This document shows positions 37,625 through 47,003 of a stretch of 64,000 bases of DNA, one piece after another (positions within the stretch are counted from its first letter, which is position 1; each line of letters opens with the position of its first letter). Below the pieces are notes generated by a model that saw only the letters and a list, made by a program, of their open reading frames with translations, did not search any database and had not been told where the DNA came from. Origin of the DNA: Planctomycetota bacterium (GTDB taxonomy: Bacteria; Planctomycetota; UBA1135; UBA2386); NCBI GenBank assembly GCA_965223545.1, contig OZ245006.1:1824001-1888000 (forward strand), written 5' to 3'. The position numbers were made by a program, and so were the translations under genes.

Positions 37625-40198
37625 ATGAGCCTCCCCTCGCTATCAGGCTGGCTGTCGACGCCGGTGGACGTCGACGTCGAGCAGCGGTCGGCGCGCCTGC
37701 CGGCCACGGCTGCCGAGTGGCAGCGCTTCGCGCTGGTCGTCGTCCAGCTGTTCTTGCTGGCCTGGGTCATCGACCGCTGGCAGATCGAGAGCCGCGCCTT
37801 CAGCCGCGTCTTCACCCTGGCCGCCGGCGGCGCGGTGATCCACGCGCTGCTGCCGCTGCGCTTCCGCATGGCGTTCTTCGTCGCTCTGTCGGGCGCCGGC
37901 CTGGTGTCGGTGCTCGGCCCGCGCGGCGCCGGCGTGGTGATCGGCATCGGCGTCGCGTTCCTCGCCATCTGCTGCGCGCCACTGAAGACCCTCACCAAAG
38001 TGGTCACGCTGCTGGCCGCCGGCACCGCGCTGACGTTGCTGCGCAACGACACCATCTCGGCGCCGTGGTCGAGCGCGCTCTGGCCGGTGATCGGCTCGCT
38101 GCTGATGTTCCGGGTCGCGATCTTCGTCTACGACCTGACCCACAACATCCGCCCGCGGTCGGTGTGGGAGGCGCTGGCCTACTTCTTCATGCTGCCCAAC
38201 GTGGCGATGGTGCTGTTTCCCGTCGTCGACTTCGCCACGTTCCGCAAGACCTACTACGCCGAGAATGCGTGGCAGTGCTGCCAAACCGGCCTGCGCTGGA
38301 TCGTGCGTGGTGTGGTGCAGCTGCTGCTCTACCGCCTGATCTACTACTACGGCGTGCTGGCCCCCGAGGAGGTGCACGGCGCGGGCGACATCTTCCGGTA
38401 CGTGGTGGCGACCTTCGGGCTCTACTTCCGCGTCTCCGGCATCTTCCACGTCGCGATCGGCATCCTGCGCCTGTTCGGCTTCGGCTTGCCCGAGACCCAC
38501 TTCCTGTATTGGCTTTCGGCGAGCGTCAACGACTTCTGGCGGCGGGCGAACATCTACTGGAAGGACTTCATGCTGAAGCTCTTCTACCTGCCCGCCTTCT
38601 TCCGGCTGCGCAAGCAGGGCCAGACCCAGGCCTTCGTGCTGGCCACCGCGTGGGTGGTGTTCTCCACCTGGTGGCTGCACTCGTACCAGTGGTTCTGGCT
38701 GCGCGGCGAATTCCCGGTCAAGTGGCAAGACGGCGTGTTCTGGTGCGTGATCGGCGCGCTCATGGTGTGGAACACGCTCCGCGAGCAACGGCTGTCACGC
38801 GCCCGCGGACGCCGGGCGGCGGCCCAGGGCATGCGCGCATTCCTGACGCGCACGGGCGGCATCCTGGCTACCTTCGCCTTCATCTCCCTGCTGTGGTCGG
38901 TGTGGACCTGCGAGTCGGCCAGCACATGGGTGGCGATGTGGGGCACGATCGGCACCGAGGGCACGCCCGCAACGCCACCCGCGGTGGCGTGGGCCATGGT
39001 GATCGGCGTGCTGGCCATCCTGATCGGCGGCAGCGCCATCGGCCACCGGCTGACCGACGCCACCACCGGCAGCGCGGACGACACGCGCAACTTCGTCACC
39101 AACGCCGTCACCACCGTGGCCAGCGCGGGCATCCTGTTGGTGCTGAGCACGTCCTGGCTGCATGCCAAGCTGCCGCAGGACGCCTCGGAGGTGATGCAGT
39201 CGCTGCGCGTCGCCCGCCTCAACCGCCTGGACGCCGAGAAGCTGCAGCGCGGCTACTACGAGGACCTGCTCGACGTGGACCGCTTCAACTCCGAGCTGTG
39301 GAACGCGTTCAAGTCGAAGCCGCGCGACTGGGTCAACCTCGACAAGACGCCGGCCATGCAGCCCACCGACGACTTCGCCCTGACCGAGCTCCGGCCCGGA
39401 ATCGAGATCGAGTACCACGGCGCCACCCTGCGCACCAACGCTTTCGGGCTGCGCGACCGCGACTACGCCGAGACCAAGCCGGACGGCACCTGGCGGGCGG
39501 CGCTGATCGGCGCCTCCTACGTGATGGGCTCCGGCGTCGGCAACGATCAGACCTTCGAAAACCTCATCGAGGATCGCCTCAACGCCGAGCCCCCCGCCGG
39601 CGGTGCCCAGCGCTACGAGATCCTCAACTTCTCCGTCGCCGGCTACGGCCCGATGCAGCGTGTTTGGGCGTTCGAGCACCGCGCGCTCCGCTTCGCGCCC
39701 GACGTTGTCATCTACATCGGCCACGAGAACGAGGAGTACCGCATCAAGCGGCACCTCGCCTCGGCGCGCGAGCGCGGACTCACGCTGCCCTATCCCGAGC
39801 TGCAGCGCATCTACGAGCAGGCCGGGATCACGGACGAGATGGCGACCGAGGCCTTCGAGAACGCGCTCGATCCGCACGTGCGTGACATCATCGCCTTGAT
39901 CTACCGCCGGCTCGGGGAGACCGCCCGGGCAGCGGGCGTTCGCCCGGTGTGGGTGCTGCTGCCGACGCTGGAGATGGCGGGCGAGCGCGATGAGCTCGCC
40001 TGGCTGACGGCCTTGGCGACCGACGCCGACCTCGAAGTCATCGAGCTGTTCGGCGTGTACGACGGCCACGACATCTTCACCATTCGCCTCGCCGACTGGG
40101 ACTACCACCCCAACCCGACCGGCCACGAAATCATCGCCGAGCGGCTGCTCACCGAGCTCCGGGCAAGACCCGAGCTGCTCCAACCTCGTGCGCAGTGA
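37625..40198 (+). CDS. MBOAT O-acyltransferase fused to C-terminal SGNH domain
   Basis: MBOAT region SASVNDFWRRANIYWKDF...TWWLHSYQ with many TM helices; SGNH blocks IGASYVMGSGV, NFSVAGYGP, DYHPNPTGH. Confidence 0.8.
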   Translation: MSLPSLSGWLSTPVDVDVEQRSARLPATAAEWQRFALVVVQLFLLAWVIDRWQIESRAFSRVFTLAAGGAVIHALLPLRFRMAFFVALSGAGLVSVLGPRGAGVVIGIGVAFLAICCAPLKTLTKVVTLLAAGTALTLLRNDTISAPWSSALWPVIGSLLMFRVAIFVYDLTHNIRPRSVWEALAYFFMLPNVAMVLFPVVDFATFRKTYYAENAWQCCQTGLRWIVRGVVQLLLYRLIYYYGVLAPEEVHGAGDIFRYVVATFGLYFRVSGIFHVAIGILRLFGFGLPETHFLYWLSASVNDFWRRANIYWKDFMLKLFYLPAFFRLRKQGQTQAFVLATAWVVFSTWWLHSYQWFWLRGEFPVKWQDGVFWCVIGALMVWNTLREQRLSRARGRRAAAQGMRAFLTRTGGILATFAFISLLWSVWTCESASTWVAMWGTIGTEGTPATPPAVAWAMVIGVLAILIGGSAIGHRLTDATTGSADDTRNFVTNAVTTVASAGILLVLSTSWLHAKLPQDASEVMQSLRVARLNRLDAEKLQRGYYEDLLDVDRFNSELWNAFKSKPRDWVNLDKTPAMQPTDDFALTELRPGIEIEYHGATLRTNAFGLRDRDYAETKPDGTWRAALIGASYVMGSGVGNDQTFENLIEDRLNAEPPAGGAQRYEILNFSVAGYGPMQRVWAFEHRALRFAPDVVIYIGHENEEYRIKRHLASARERGLTLPYPELQRIYEQAGITDEMATEAFENALDPHVRDIIALIYRRLGETARAAGVRPVWVLLPTLEMAGERDELAWLTALATDADLEVIELFGVYDGHDIFTIRLADWDYHPNPTGHEIIAERLLTELRARPELLQPRAQ

Positions 40199-40225
40199 GC
40201 GGGGACCGGCCGGACGGCGGCGCGG

Positions 40226-41320
40226 TCAGGCCGGGAACACGGCGTAGCTGTGGCCCAAGCTGGGACGCCGACCGAGCGCGAACACCGCGTGCCAAGCGAC
40301 CACGTCGGCCGCGTGGCTCGGCAACAGCAGCGCATCCCCGGCGCGCAGCAAGTACAGGGCGCCGCGCGCGACCAAGCGCGCGGTGAACGCCGGCTCGAAA
40401 TTGAGTAGACGCCACAGCTCGGCGTCGTCCGGGTCGGCGAGAGCCGCGAGCGCGTCGTCGACAGACGCCAGCCGCGCTGCCAGCGGCGTGCCGGCGGCGT
40501 GCTCGACGAGCACTGCGGCCAGCTCGCGCACCGGCAACGCCAGCCAAGCCGTCCAACCCGACATCTGACCGTAGACCACCGCGCGCTGGCCGGGGTCGGC
40601 GTCGTGGTGAAACACGGCGCCGCCGAGCGGCGCGTTGGAGTAGACGATGCGCTCGGACAACCGCACCGGCCCGCCGACCAGCGCGCGCAACGCCGCCAGC
40701 AGGTCGGGGTGCTCGGCCACGATCGCGCACTCGGGAAACACCGCGGTCGCCAGCCGGTCGGCCCAGAGCGCGCCGACGTTATCCCCGACCCACTCCTCCA
40801 GCCGCTCGACGCCACAGGAGAACCGAATCCGCAGCGACACGTCGGTGTCGTCGTCGGCGATCCAGCTCAGCTTGGCCCAGACGTCGCGCGCCAGCAGCAC
40901 GTCGCCGTCGCGTGCATCGGTGTACACCTTCTCGATCTCCCGCATGTCGAGCAGGTCGACCGTGCTGCTGGTGATCTGCAGCCCGGTCTCGTCGGAGGCG
41001 AGCAGCCGGTCACGCAGCTCGGGCAGGAACCGCCGGCCGCGGCGCAGGCGGTCGAACATCTCCAAGCTGTCCCGCACCAAGCCGGCGCCGGCCTCGAGGT
41101 ACGGAGTCAGGACACCTGGGACGTAAACCGGCCGGGCCGCCCGCCAACGCTCCTCGACATCCTCGGGAGGCGCGGAGTCCGGCGGCATCGCCACCCAGCC
41201 GTGGTGCACCCCCCGCCGCCGCAGGGCGACGACCAGGCCGGCGACGCGCTCCCGCTCCAGCGCGGTGCGCGAGGTATCCGGGGGTAGATAGCGCGGTGCT
41301 GTCGAGAATTCGGCGGACAT
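40226..41320 (-). CDS. Hypothetical protein with cupin/JmjC-like HxD...H motif
   Basis: GAVFHHDAD...VYGQMSGWTAW...LRAGDALLLPS...WHAV. Confidence 0.55.
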   Translation of the reverse strand: MSAEFSTAPRYLPPDTSRTALERERVAGLVVALRRRGVHHGWVAMPPDSAPPEDVEERWRAARPVYVPGVLTPYLEAGAGLVRDSLEMFDRLRRGRRFLPELRDRLLASDETGLQITSSTVDLLDMREIEKVYTDARDGDVLLARDVWAKLSWIADDDTDVSLRIRFSCGVERLEEWVGDNVGALWADRLATAVFPECAIVAEHPDLLAALRALVGGPVRLSERIVYSNAPLGGAVFHHDADPGQRAVVYGQMSGWTAWLALPVRELAAVLVEHAAGTPLAARLASVDDALAALADPDDAELWRLLNFEPAFTARLVARGALYLLRAGDALLLPSHAADVVAWHAVFALGRRPSLGHSYAVFPA

Positions 41321-41399
41321 CGGGAGGCGCGGACCATACGCCGCCGCAACCCCGGCCACCACACCCGGCGACCGCCAACTGCCATTGGCCGAGTGTTTT

Positions 41400-41419
41400 T
41401 GTCACGCTCCACGCTGACA
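41400..41419. promoter_or_regulatory. Inverted repeat TGTCA-N10-TGACA upstream of ECF sigma gene
   Basis: Exact palindromic half-sites 16 nt before ATG 41436, in a divergent intergenic region. Confidence 0.35.
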
Positions 41420-41435
41420 GACATCCTTCGCCCCG

Positions 41436-43955
41436 ATGGCCGACAGCAGTGGACTCACCTGGGATCCGGACGCGCTGCGCGCCAACGCCGCGTGGTTGCG
41501 GCCGTTGGTCCGCTCGCTGGTCGCCGAGGACGAGGTCGACGACGTCTTGCAGGACACCTGGCTGCGGGCATTGCAGACGCCACCGCGCCAACAGCGTGCG
41601 TGGCGGAGCTGGCTGCGGCGGGTCGCCACCAACGCCGCCCGCGGCCGGCGGCGCGCCGACGCGCGCCGGCACCGGCACGAGGCCCGCGCGGCGCGCGCCG
41701 ACGAAGCTCCGTCGACGGCTGCGCTGGTCGATCGACTGGCAGCACAGCGGGCGGTGACCGACGCCGTCCTGCAGCTCGCCGAGCCCTACCGCTCCGCGGT
41801 GCTGCTGCGGCACGACCGCGGCATGAGCATGGCGGAGATCGCGCGCCACACCGGCGTCTCCGAGGCCAACGCCCGCCAGCGGGTGCACCGCGGTCTGCAG
41901 CAGATGCGCGCCCAGCTCGAGCGGAGCCTCGGCGCGCGCTGGCGGCAGAGCCCCGCGCTGCTGGCGATGGCCCGGCCCGCTCCAACCGTTCCCGGCCCGT
42001 CGGCCGGCGCCTCGACCGCGGCGCCGGCGGGGGGCCTGACCCTGACCTGGATCGCCGTGAACAAAGCTCCTCTGCTCGCCGCCGTCGGCATTGCGCTGGC
42101 GGGTGTCGCCACGTGGTTCGCCATCGCCCCCGGTGACACTCCTCCGGTCTCCGATTCCACCATCGCGGCGGAGGGGGCGCAGCTGCACGACGACACGCCG
42201 GCGCCGGCGGCTCCCGCTGCGGACCCCAGCGGCCGCCGCGCTGTGCTCTCGCCGCAGGAGACCGGATCGAGCACTGCGGCGCCGACCAGCCGCCGCGCGG
42301 GCCGCGTGCTCGACACCCGCGGCCAACCCGTGGGTCAGGTGCCGCTCGGCGCCCGGCCGCACCGGACGTGGACGACGTTCAATCCCCTGACCCGCAGCGA
42401 TGCCAACGGTGCGTTCCAGCTGGAGGGCGCGCCCCAGGACGGCATCCTGACGGCCGGCGCACCGTGGGTCGAGCTGCACACACACTCGTTCCACACCGCA
42501 CCGGGCGCCGACGTCCTGGTCGTGGTGGCGCCGGCGGTCGAGCTGCGCGGCACCGTCGCCGACGCAGGCGGGACTCCCCTCGAAGAGGTCGACGTCTTGA
42601 TCGAGCACGCCCGGCTGGTCGACTTCCCCCAGCAGCTCGAACACACCGTGCGCCCGACTCCACCGCGGCTCACGACCGACGACCGCGGCGCGTTCGTCGC
42701 GCTGCGCGTGCCGCGCGGCATGGCCACCCTGGTGTTCCGCAAGCCGGGCTTCGCCACGGTGCGGCTGCCGGTCGACGCAACCACGCCGACCACGCCGCAC
42801 GTCGTCCTGCAGGCGATCGAGGGTGGTGCTCGTCACATCGCCGGCCGGGTCTTCGACCACCGTGGTGCGCCGATGGCGAACGCGACGGTCGGGCTCGGCG
42901 GGCGGCAGACCACCACCGACGCCAACGCCGCCTACCGGCTCATCCTCCCGCCAGGCAGCACGATCCACTCCGATGCCGTCCTCTGGGCGGCCGCCGCCGG
43001 CCATCGGCCGGCGCGCGTCGACGGCTTCGGCGCGCGCGTCGCCGACCGGACCAACGTGGAGCACGACCTGCACCTCGAGGGTCCGCCGCTGACTCTGCAC
43101 GGCGTGGTCGTCGATGCCGAGGACACCCCGATGTCACAGCTGCTGGTGTTCCCGTTCGGCGAGCCGACGCTCAACGGCATGGACCGCGCCGAGGATCTGG
43201 CGATGCCGGCGGACGCCAAACCGATCACCCTGAGTGGTCCCCGGTACCGCGCGATCACCCGGACCGGAGGCGACGGCGCTTTCGCGCTCGGCGGCCTCGG
43301 CGACCGGCCGTACCGGCTGCACATCTACGATCCCCGCGACGGGTGGGCGTTTACCACGAGCCCATTGCGACCGCGCGCGCACGCACACCGGATCCCGCTA
43401 CCGGCCGACGTGTTCATCGACGTCGAAGGACGGGTCGTCGACCGCGACGGCAACGGGCTGGGAGGAGTCACGGTGCACCGATGGGTGCTGGTGCACGCCG
43501 CTGACGGTGGCCGCACGCACCGCGGTGGAGAGCAACTCGGCACAACCGACGGCGACGGCCACTTTCGCTTCGCGCGCGTGCCGCGCTGTGGCGTCCGCCT
43601 CGACTTCGGCGGCGTGGCGCTGGTGTCGCGCTCGGTGGAGCTCGAACACAACCCCTCGGGGCGCGCGTTGCAGGTCGAGCTGTTGCGGCGTTGCCACGTC
43701 CGCGTGCAGCTGACCGACCCGCGGTGGGCCAGCGCCTCGATCTCGTTCGTCGACGCCCACGACCGGACGCTCGGCATTCAAATGGAGCTGGCCACGTCGA
43801 GCGCGAGCTACACCGTCACCGACCTCGTCGAGGGCAAGTCCGAGGTGCTCGCCGTCAGCGAAGACGCCGCGGCCGCCATCGCCGAGCTGGGCGGCGAACG
43901 GCTGCGCATCCCGATCCGGCTGGTCCCGGGCGAGATCACCCAAGTGGTGCACTGA
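41436..43955 (+). CDS. ECF sigma-70 factor with TM and extracytoplasmic carboxypeptidase-regulatory-like extension
   Basis: Sigma2 DDVLQDTWL..WLRRVATN; sigma4 LAEPYRSAVLLR..MAEIA..ARQRVHRGL; TM; repeated TD..G.F beta domains. Confidence 0.88.
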   Translation: MADSSGLTWDPDALRANAAWLRPLVRSLVAEDEVDDVLQDTWLRALQTPPRQQRAWRSWLRRVATNAARGRRRADARRHRHEARAARADEAPSTAALVDRLAAQRAVTDAVLQLAEPYRSAVLLRHDRGMSMAEIARHTGVSEANARQRVHRGLQQMRAQLERSLGARWRQSPALLAMARPAPTVPGPSAGASTAAPAGGLTLTWIAVNKAPLLAAVGIALAGVATWFAIAPGDTPPVSDSTIAAEGAQLHDDTPAPAAPAADPSGRRAVLSPQETGSSTAAPTSRRAGRVLDTRGQPVGQVPLGARPHRTWTTFNPLTRSDANGAFQLEGAPQDGILTAGAPWVELHTHSFHTAPGADVLVVVAPAVELRGTVADAGGTPLEEVDVLIEHARLVDFPQQLEHTVRPTPPRLTTDDRGAFVALRVPRGMATLVFRKPGFATVRLPVDATTPTTPHVVLQAIEGGARHIAGRVFDHRGAPMANATVGLGGRQTTTDANAAYRLILPPGSTIHSDAVLWAAAAGHRPARVDGFGARVADRTNVEHDLHLEGPPLTLHGVVVDAEDTPMSQLLVFPFGEPTLNGMDRAEDLAMPADAKPITLSGPRYRAITRTGGDGAFALGGLGDRPYRLHIYDPRDGWAFTTSPLRPRAHAHRIPLPADVFIDVEGRVVDRDGNGLGGVTVHRWVLVHAADGGRTHRGGEQLGTTDGDGHFRFARVPRCGVRLDFGGVALVSRSVELEHNPSGRALQVELLRRCHVRVQLTDPRWASASISFVDAHDRTLGIQMELATSSASYTVTDLVEGKSEVLAVSEDAAAAIAELGGERLRIPIRLVPGEITQVVH

Positions 43956-45423
43956 CCGTCACGGCACGGTCGGCGGCACGCCGCCCGAGCAGCTCGCCCA
44001 CCGCCGCTCCCCCGGCGATCCACAACAGCAAGGGCAACGGCGGCTCGCGGCGCGCAGCATCGCCGGCAAACATCGCGACACACAGCACGGCCAGCCCGCC
44101 GCCAGCGGCGACGACCAACCATCGCTCTACGCCACGTCGTCGCGGCCAGCCGCGCGCCACCGCCAACCCCACCGGCAAGAACCACAGCAAGCCGACCGAA
44201 CGCGCACTCGCACCGGTGAGCGGCCGCTCGCCGGCCAACGCCGCGCGCAGCGAGTGGCGGCGACCCCACGGCAGGCCGTCGCGATACAGCGCGAACGTCC
44301 CACGGTCGTAGACCAGAGCCAAGTGCAACTCCTCGCCGCGGCGGAACACCGGCGACCAGCGGGCTGCCAGGCGGGCATCGCGACGACCGGTCTTTGCGCA
44401 AGCAACGCGGAACACCAGCGCCGCGCCGTCCTGGCCGATGGTGAAGTTGCGCTCGTGGACATCGGTGGACGAGGTCACGATGCGCGCCGGCCCGCCCTGC
44501 GCCGTGCTGTCGAGTGCACAGCGGAACTCGATCGAGAACGCGTCGTCCTGCGCCAGCGCGCCCGTCAACATCGCGGTATCGCCGCGCACCTGCCACGGGT
44601 TCGCCTCGCCGTCGATCACGCGCAGAGCACCCGCCGCGACCTCCGCCGACCCGGGCACGGCCGGCGCCAACATCAGCGCCGATCCCACCGGCGCATCTCC
44701 GGCCAAGTCGAACGCGGCGATCATGCCGCGCCCGGCCCGCACCGCCCGGCCGGCGGCCGAACGCAGCGGCGTCGCCGCCAGCGCGGCGGCAGCGTCCGCC
44801 GGCAGCGCTCCCTCGAAGAAGACCAGGTCGCCGAGCCGCCCGCGCCACGGTCGCTGACCATCGGCCTCGTTGCCCACCGTGAGCGGCGCGTCGCGCTGCC
44901 ACGGGTCCAGCCCGTAGCCCGTGTGCGCACGCCACACGCAGACGACGCAGCCGACAAGCCACGCCACCGCCGACAACCACCACAGCACAGGCAACCGGCG
45001 GTCGGCCGGACGCGCCAGAATCGGCTGCAGTTGGCGCCCGACCATCAGTCCAACCAGCACGGCCAGCCAGTTGGTGGCCCAATCCCACGCGGTCGCGTGT
45101 CGACCCGGCACCCACAGCTGGGCCAGCTCCAACACCGAGCACAGGCCGCCGGCGAACACCGCCGCGACGCCCCCCCGCCGCAACACACCGCCCGCGGCGA
45201 GCATCAGTCCCAGCGCACCGAAGGCGAGCACGTGCTCCCCGACCCCCCGTGGCGTCGGCGCCGTCGCGATGTCGATGGCCTGCGCGGCGGGCACGCCGCC
45301 CATCGCCACCCGCGCCTCGCGGAACGGCAGGACGCTCAGCACCACGACCACGCACAGCAGCACGCGCGCCAGCCCGTCGGCCAAATCGGACCAGGTCGCG
45401 CACGCGACCGGCGCCTTGGTCAC
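43936..45423 (-). CDS. VanZ-like membrane protein with inserted LamG-like domain
   Basis: EHVLAFGALG, VLELAQLWVPGRHATAWDWATN (VanZ); FSIEF..PARIVTSS..RNFTIGQ..HLALVYD..LYRDG (LamG); GTGA overlap. Confidence 0.75.
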   Translation of the reverse strand: MTKAPVACATWSDLADGLARVLLCVVVVLSVLPFREARVAMGGVPAAQAIDIATAPTPRGVGEHVLAFGALGLMLAAGGVLRRGGVAAVFAGGLCSVLELAQLWVPGRHATAWDWATNWLAVLVGLMVGRQLQPILARPADRRLPVLWWLSAVAWLVGCVVCVWRAHTGYGLDPWQRDAPLTVGNEADGQRPWRGRLGDLVFFEGALPADAAAALAATPLRSAAGRAVRAGRGMIAAFDLAGDAPVGSALMLAPAVPGSAEVAAGALRVIDGEANPWQVRGDTAMLTGALAQDDAFSIEFRCALDSTAQGGPARIVTSSTDVHERNFTIGQDGAALVFRVACAKTGRRDARLAARWSPVFRRGEELHLALVYDRGTFALYRDGLPWGRRHSLRAALAGERPLTGASARSVGLLWFLPVGLAVARGWPRRRGVERWLVVAAGGGLAVLCVAMFAGDAARREPPLPLLLWIAGGAAVGELLGRRAADRAVTVSAPLG

Positions 45424-45830
45424 CGTGCCTCGTCCGGCGCGAGGAGCTCGATGCCCGGACAAAAGCGGCGCGCCTGCTCGACCACCGCGGGGATCCGCAT
45501 GCCCGGCCAGTAGGGCCAGCTGCGGCACTGCGCGGGCCGCGCCTCGTAGACGGTGCAGCGCGCCACTGCGCCGTCGGCGAGCATCGGACACCGCCCCCCC
45601 GGCCCGTCGCGCAGTCGATCCCCGCGCGGATCGACGAAGCGCGAGCGGAACCCGGCGGTGCTCATCGACCGCGCCGCCGCCATCGCTCCCACCTCCGCGT
45701 CAGTGACGCGGACGACGCCGGCGGGCCGCGCGCAGCAGTTGCCCGAGCGCCGGCAGCGGAAACGAAAGCCGAACGTGCGCGCGCGCTCCGCGTCGCCGTC
45801 GGTCTCGCTCTTGCCGTCGAACTCGCGCAT
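45420..45830 (-). CDS. YkgJ family cysteine-cluster protein
   Basis: FRCRRSGNCC, CPML, CTVYEARPAQCRSWPYW, CPGI. Confidence 0.85.
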   Translation of the reverse strand: MREFDGKSETDGDAERARTFGFRFRCRRSGNCCARPAGVVRVTDAEVGAMAAARSMSTAGFRSRFVDPRGDRLRDGPGGRCPMLADGAVARCTVYEARPAQCRSWPYWPGMRIPAVVEQARRFCPGIELLAPDEAR

Positions 45831-45840
45831 CGACGCCCGC

Positions 45841-46905
45841 TCACATGAAGCGCCGCATGCGGCGCTTCCCCTTGCCGCGCCGGGCGACACCCCGCTCGGC
45901 ATCGCGCTCGCGCGCCCGCGCGTCGAGGTGGTTGCGGATCTCGGCCACCAGATCGTCGGGGCTCTGGAAGCGGATCTCCTTGTCCTTCGCCATCATCTTC
46001 TCGATGAAGTAGTGCGTCTGGGGACTGAGCTGCAGCGCGCGGATCGCGTCACCGGACAACGCCTCGCGCACCTGCTTGGCCATGATCTCCTCGCCCGACT
46101 CGCCGGCGAACGGCAACGAGCCGGTGACCAAGTGATAGAGCGTGGCACCGAGCGAGTAGATATCGGCGCGCACGTCGAGCTCGCGCTGCCCCTTGGCTTG
46201 CTCGGGCGAGATGTAGGCCACCGTACCCGCGGTGGTCGCCGCTTCGTCCGCCGCGCCGGCATCGGTGGTCGCGACCGCGAAGCCGAGGTCGATGAGCACC
46301 GCACGCCCATCGCCGGTCAGCATGATGTTCCCCGGCTTGACGTCCCGGTGCACCAGACCACGGCCCTGCAGATAGCCCAGCGCGGCACCGATCTGCATCA
46401 CCACGTCCAGCGCTAGGTCCTCGTCCAAGCGGCGGTCATCGCCGACCTCGTCCTGCAGACAGCGGCCGTCGATGCACTCCATGGCGCAGAAGAAGACGTC
46501 TCCCTCGCGCGCCACCCGCAATCCCTTGACGATGTGCGGACAGTCGAGCTCGAGCAACAGCTTGGACTCGCGCACGAACGACTCGAGTGCTGTCCGATCG
46601 GCGGCGAGCTGCGACTTGAGTACTTTCAGCGCAACATTGTTTCCGCTCTTTCGGTCGCGCGCACGGAACACGCGCGCGGTACCGCCTTCGCCGAGCAGGT
46701 CGCCGAGTTCGTATCGCGACAGCTCGGGGCGCGTGCCGGCATCGGTACGCATCCAGGTCGCCCATTGCTCGTCGCTGACCGTGCCACCCCGCACCAAGAA
46801 CTCACGCGGAGTCCCCGACGCCACCGCCTTGGCGGCGATGTCCCGCGGCAGCAGACCACGGTGCACCAGCAGCGCCAGGAGCTTGGTTTCGGCCGGATCA
46901 GTCAT
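45841..46905 (-). CDS. Cytoplasmic Hanks-type Ser/Thr protein kinase
   Basis: LGEGGTARV, VALK, HRDVKPGN, DLGFA, GTVAYISPEQ, DIYSLG; no TM; basic C-terminal tail. Confidence 0.93.
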   Translation of the reverse strand: MTDPAETKLLALLVHRGLLPRDIAAKAVASGTPREFLVRGGTVSDEQWATWMRTDAGTRPELSRYELGDLLGEGGTARVFRARDRKSGNNVALKVLKSQLAADRTALESFVRESKLLLELDCPHIVKGLRVAREGDVFFCAMECIDGRCLQDEVGDDRRLDEDLALDVVMQIGAALGYLQGRGLVHRDVKPGNIMLTGDGRAVLIDLGFAVATTDAGAADEAATTAGTVAYISPEQAKGQRELDVRADIYSLGATLYHLVTGSLPFAGESGEEIMAKQVREALSGDAIRALQLSPQTHYFIEKMMAKDKEIRFQSPDDLVAEIRNHLDARARERDAERGVARRGKGKRRMRRFM

Positions 46906-47003
46906 CGTCTCAGACCCCGCTCGCACACTGCCTTGCAGCGAGCGTCAAGTCCAGCTGCAGGCCGGCCGAAGTAGAAACCAAGGCGCGAAACTGGGGGGGA
47001 ACG

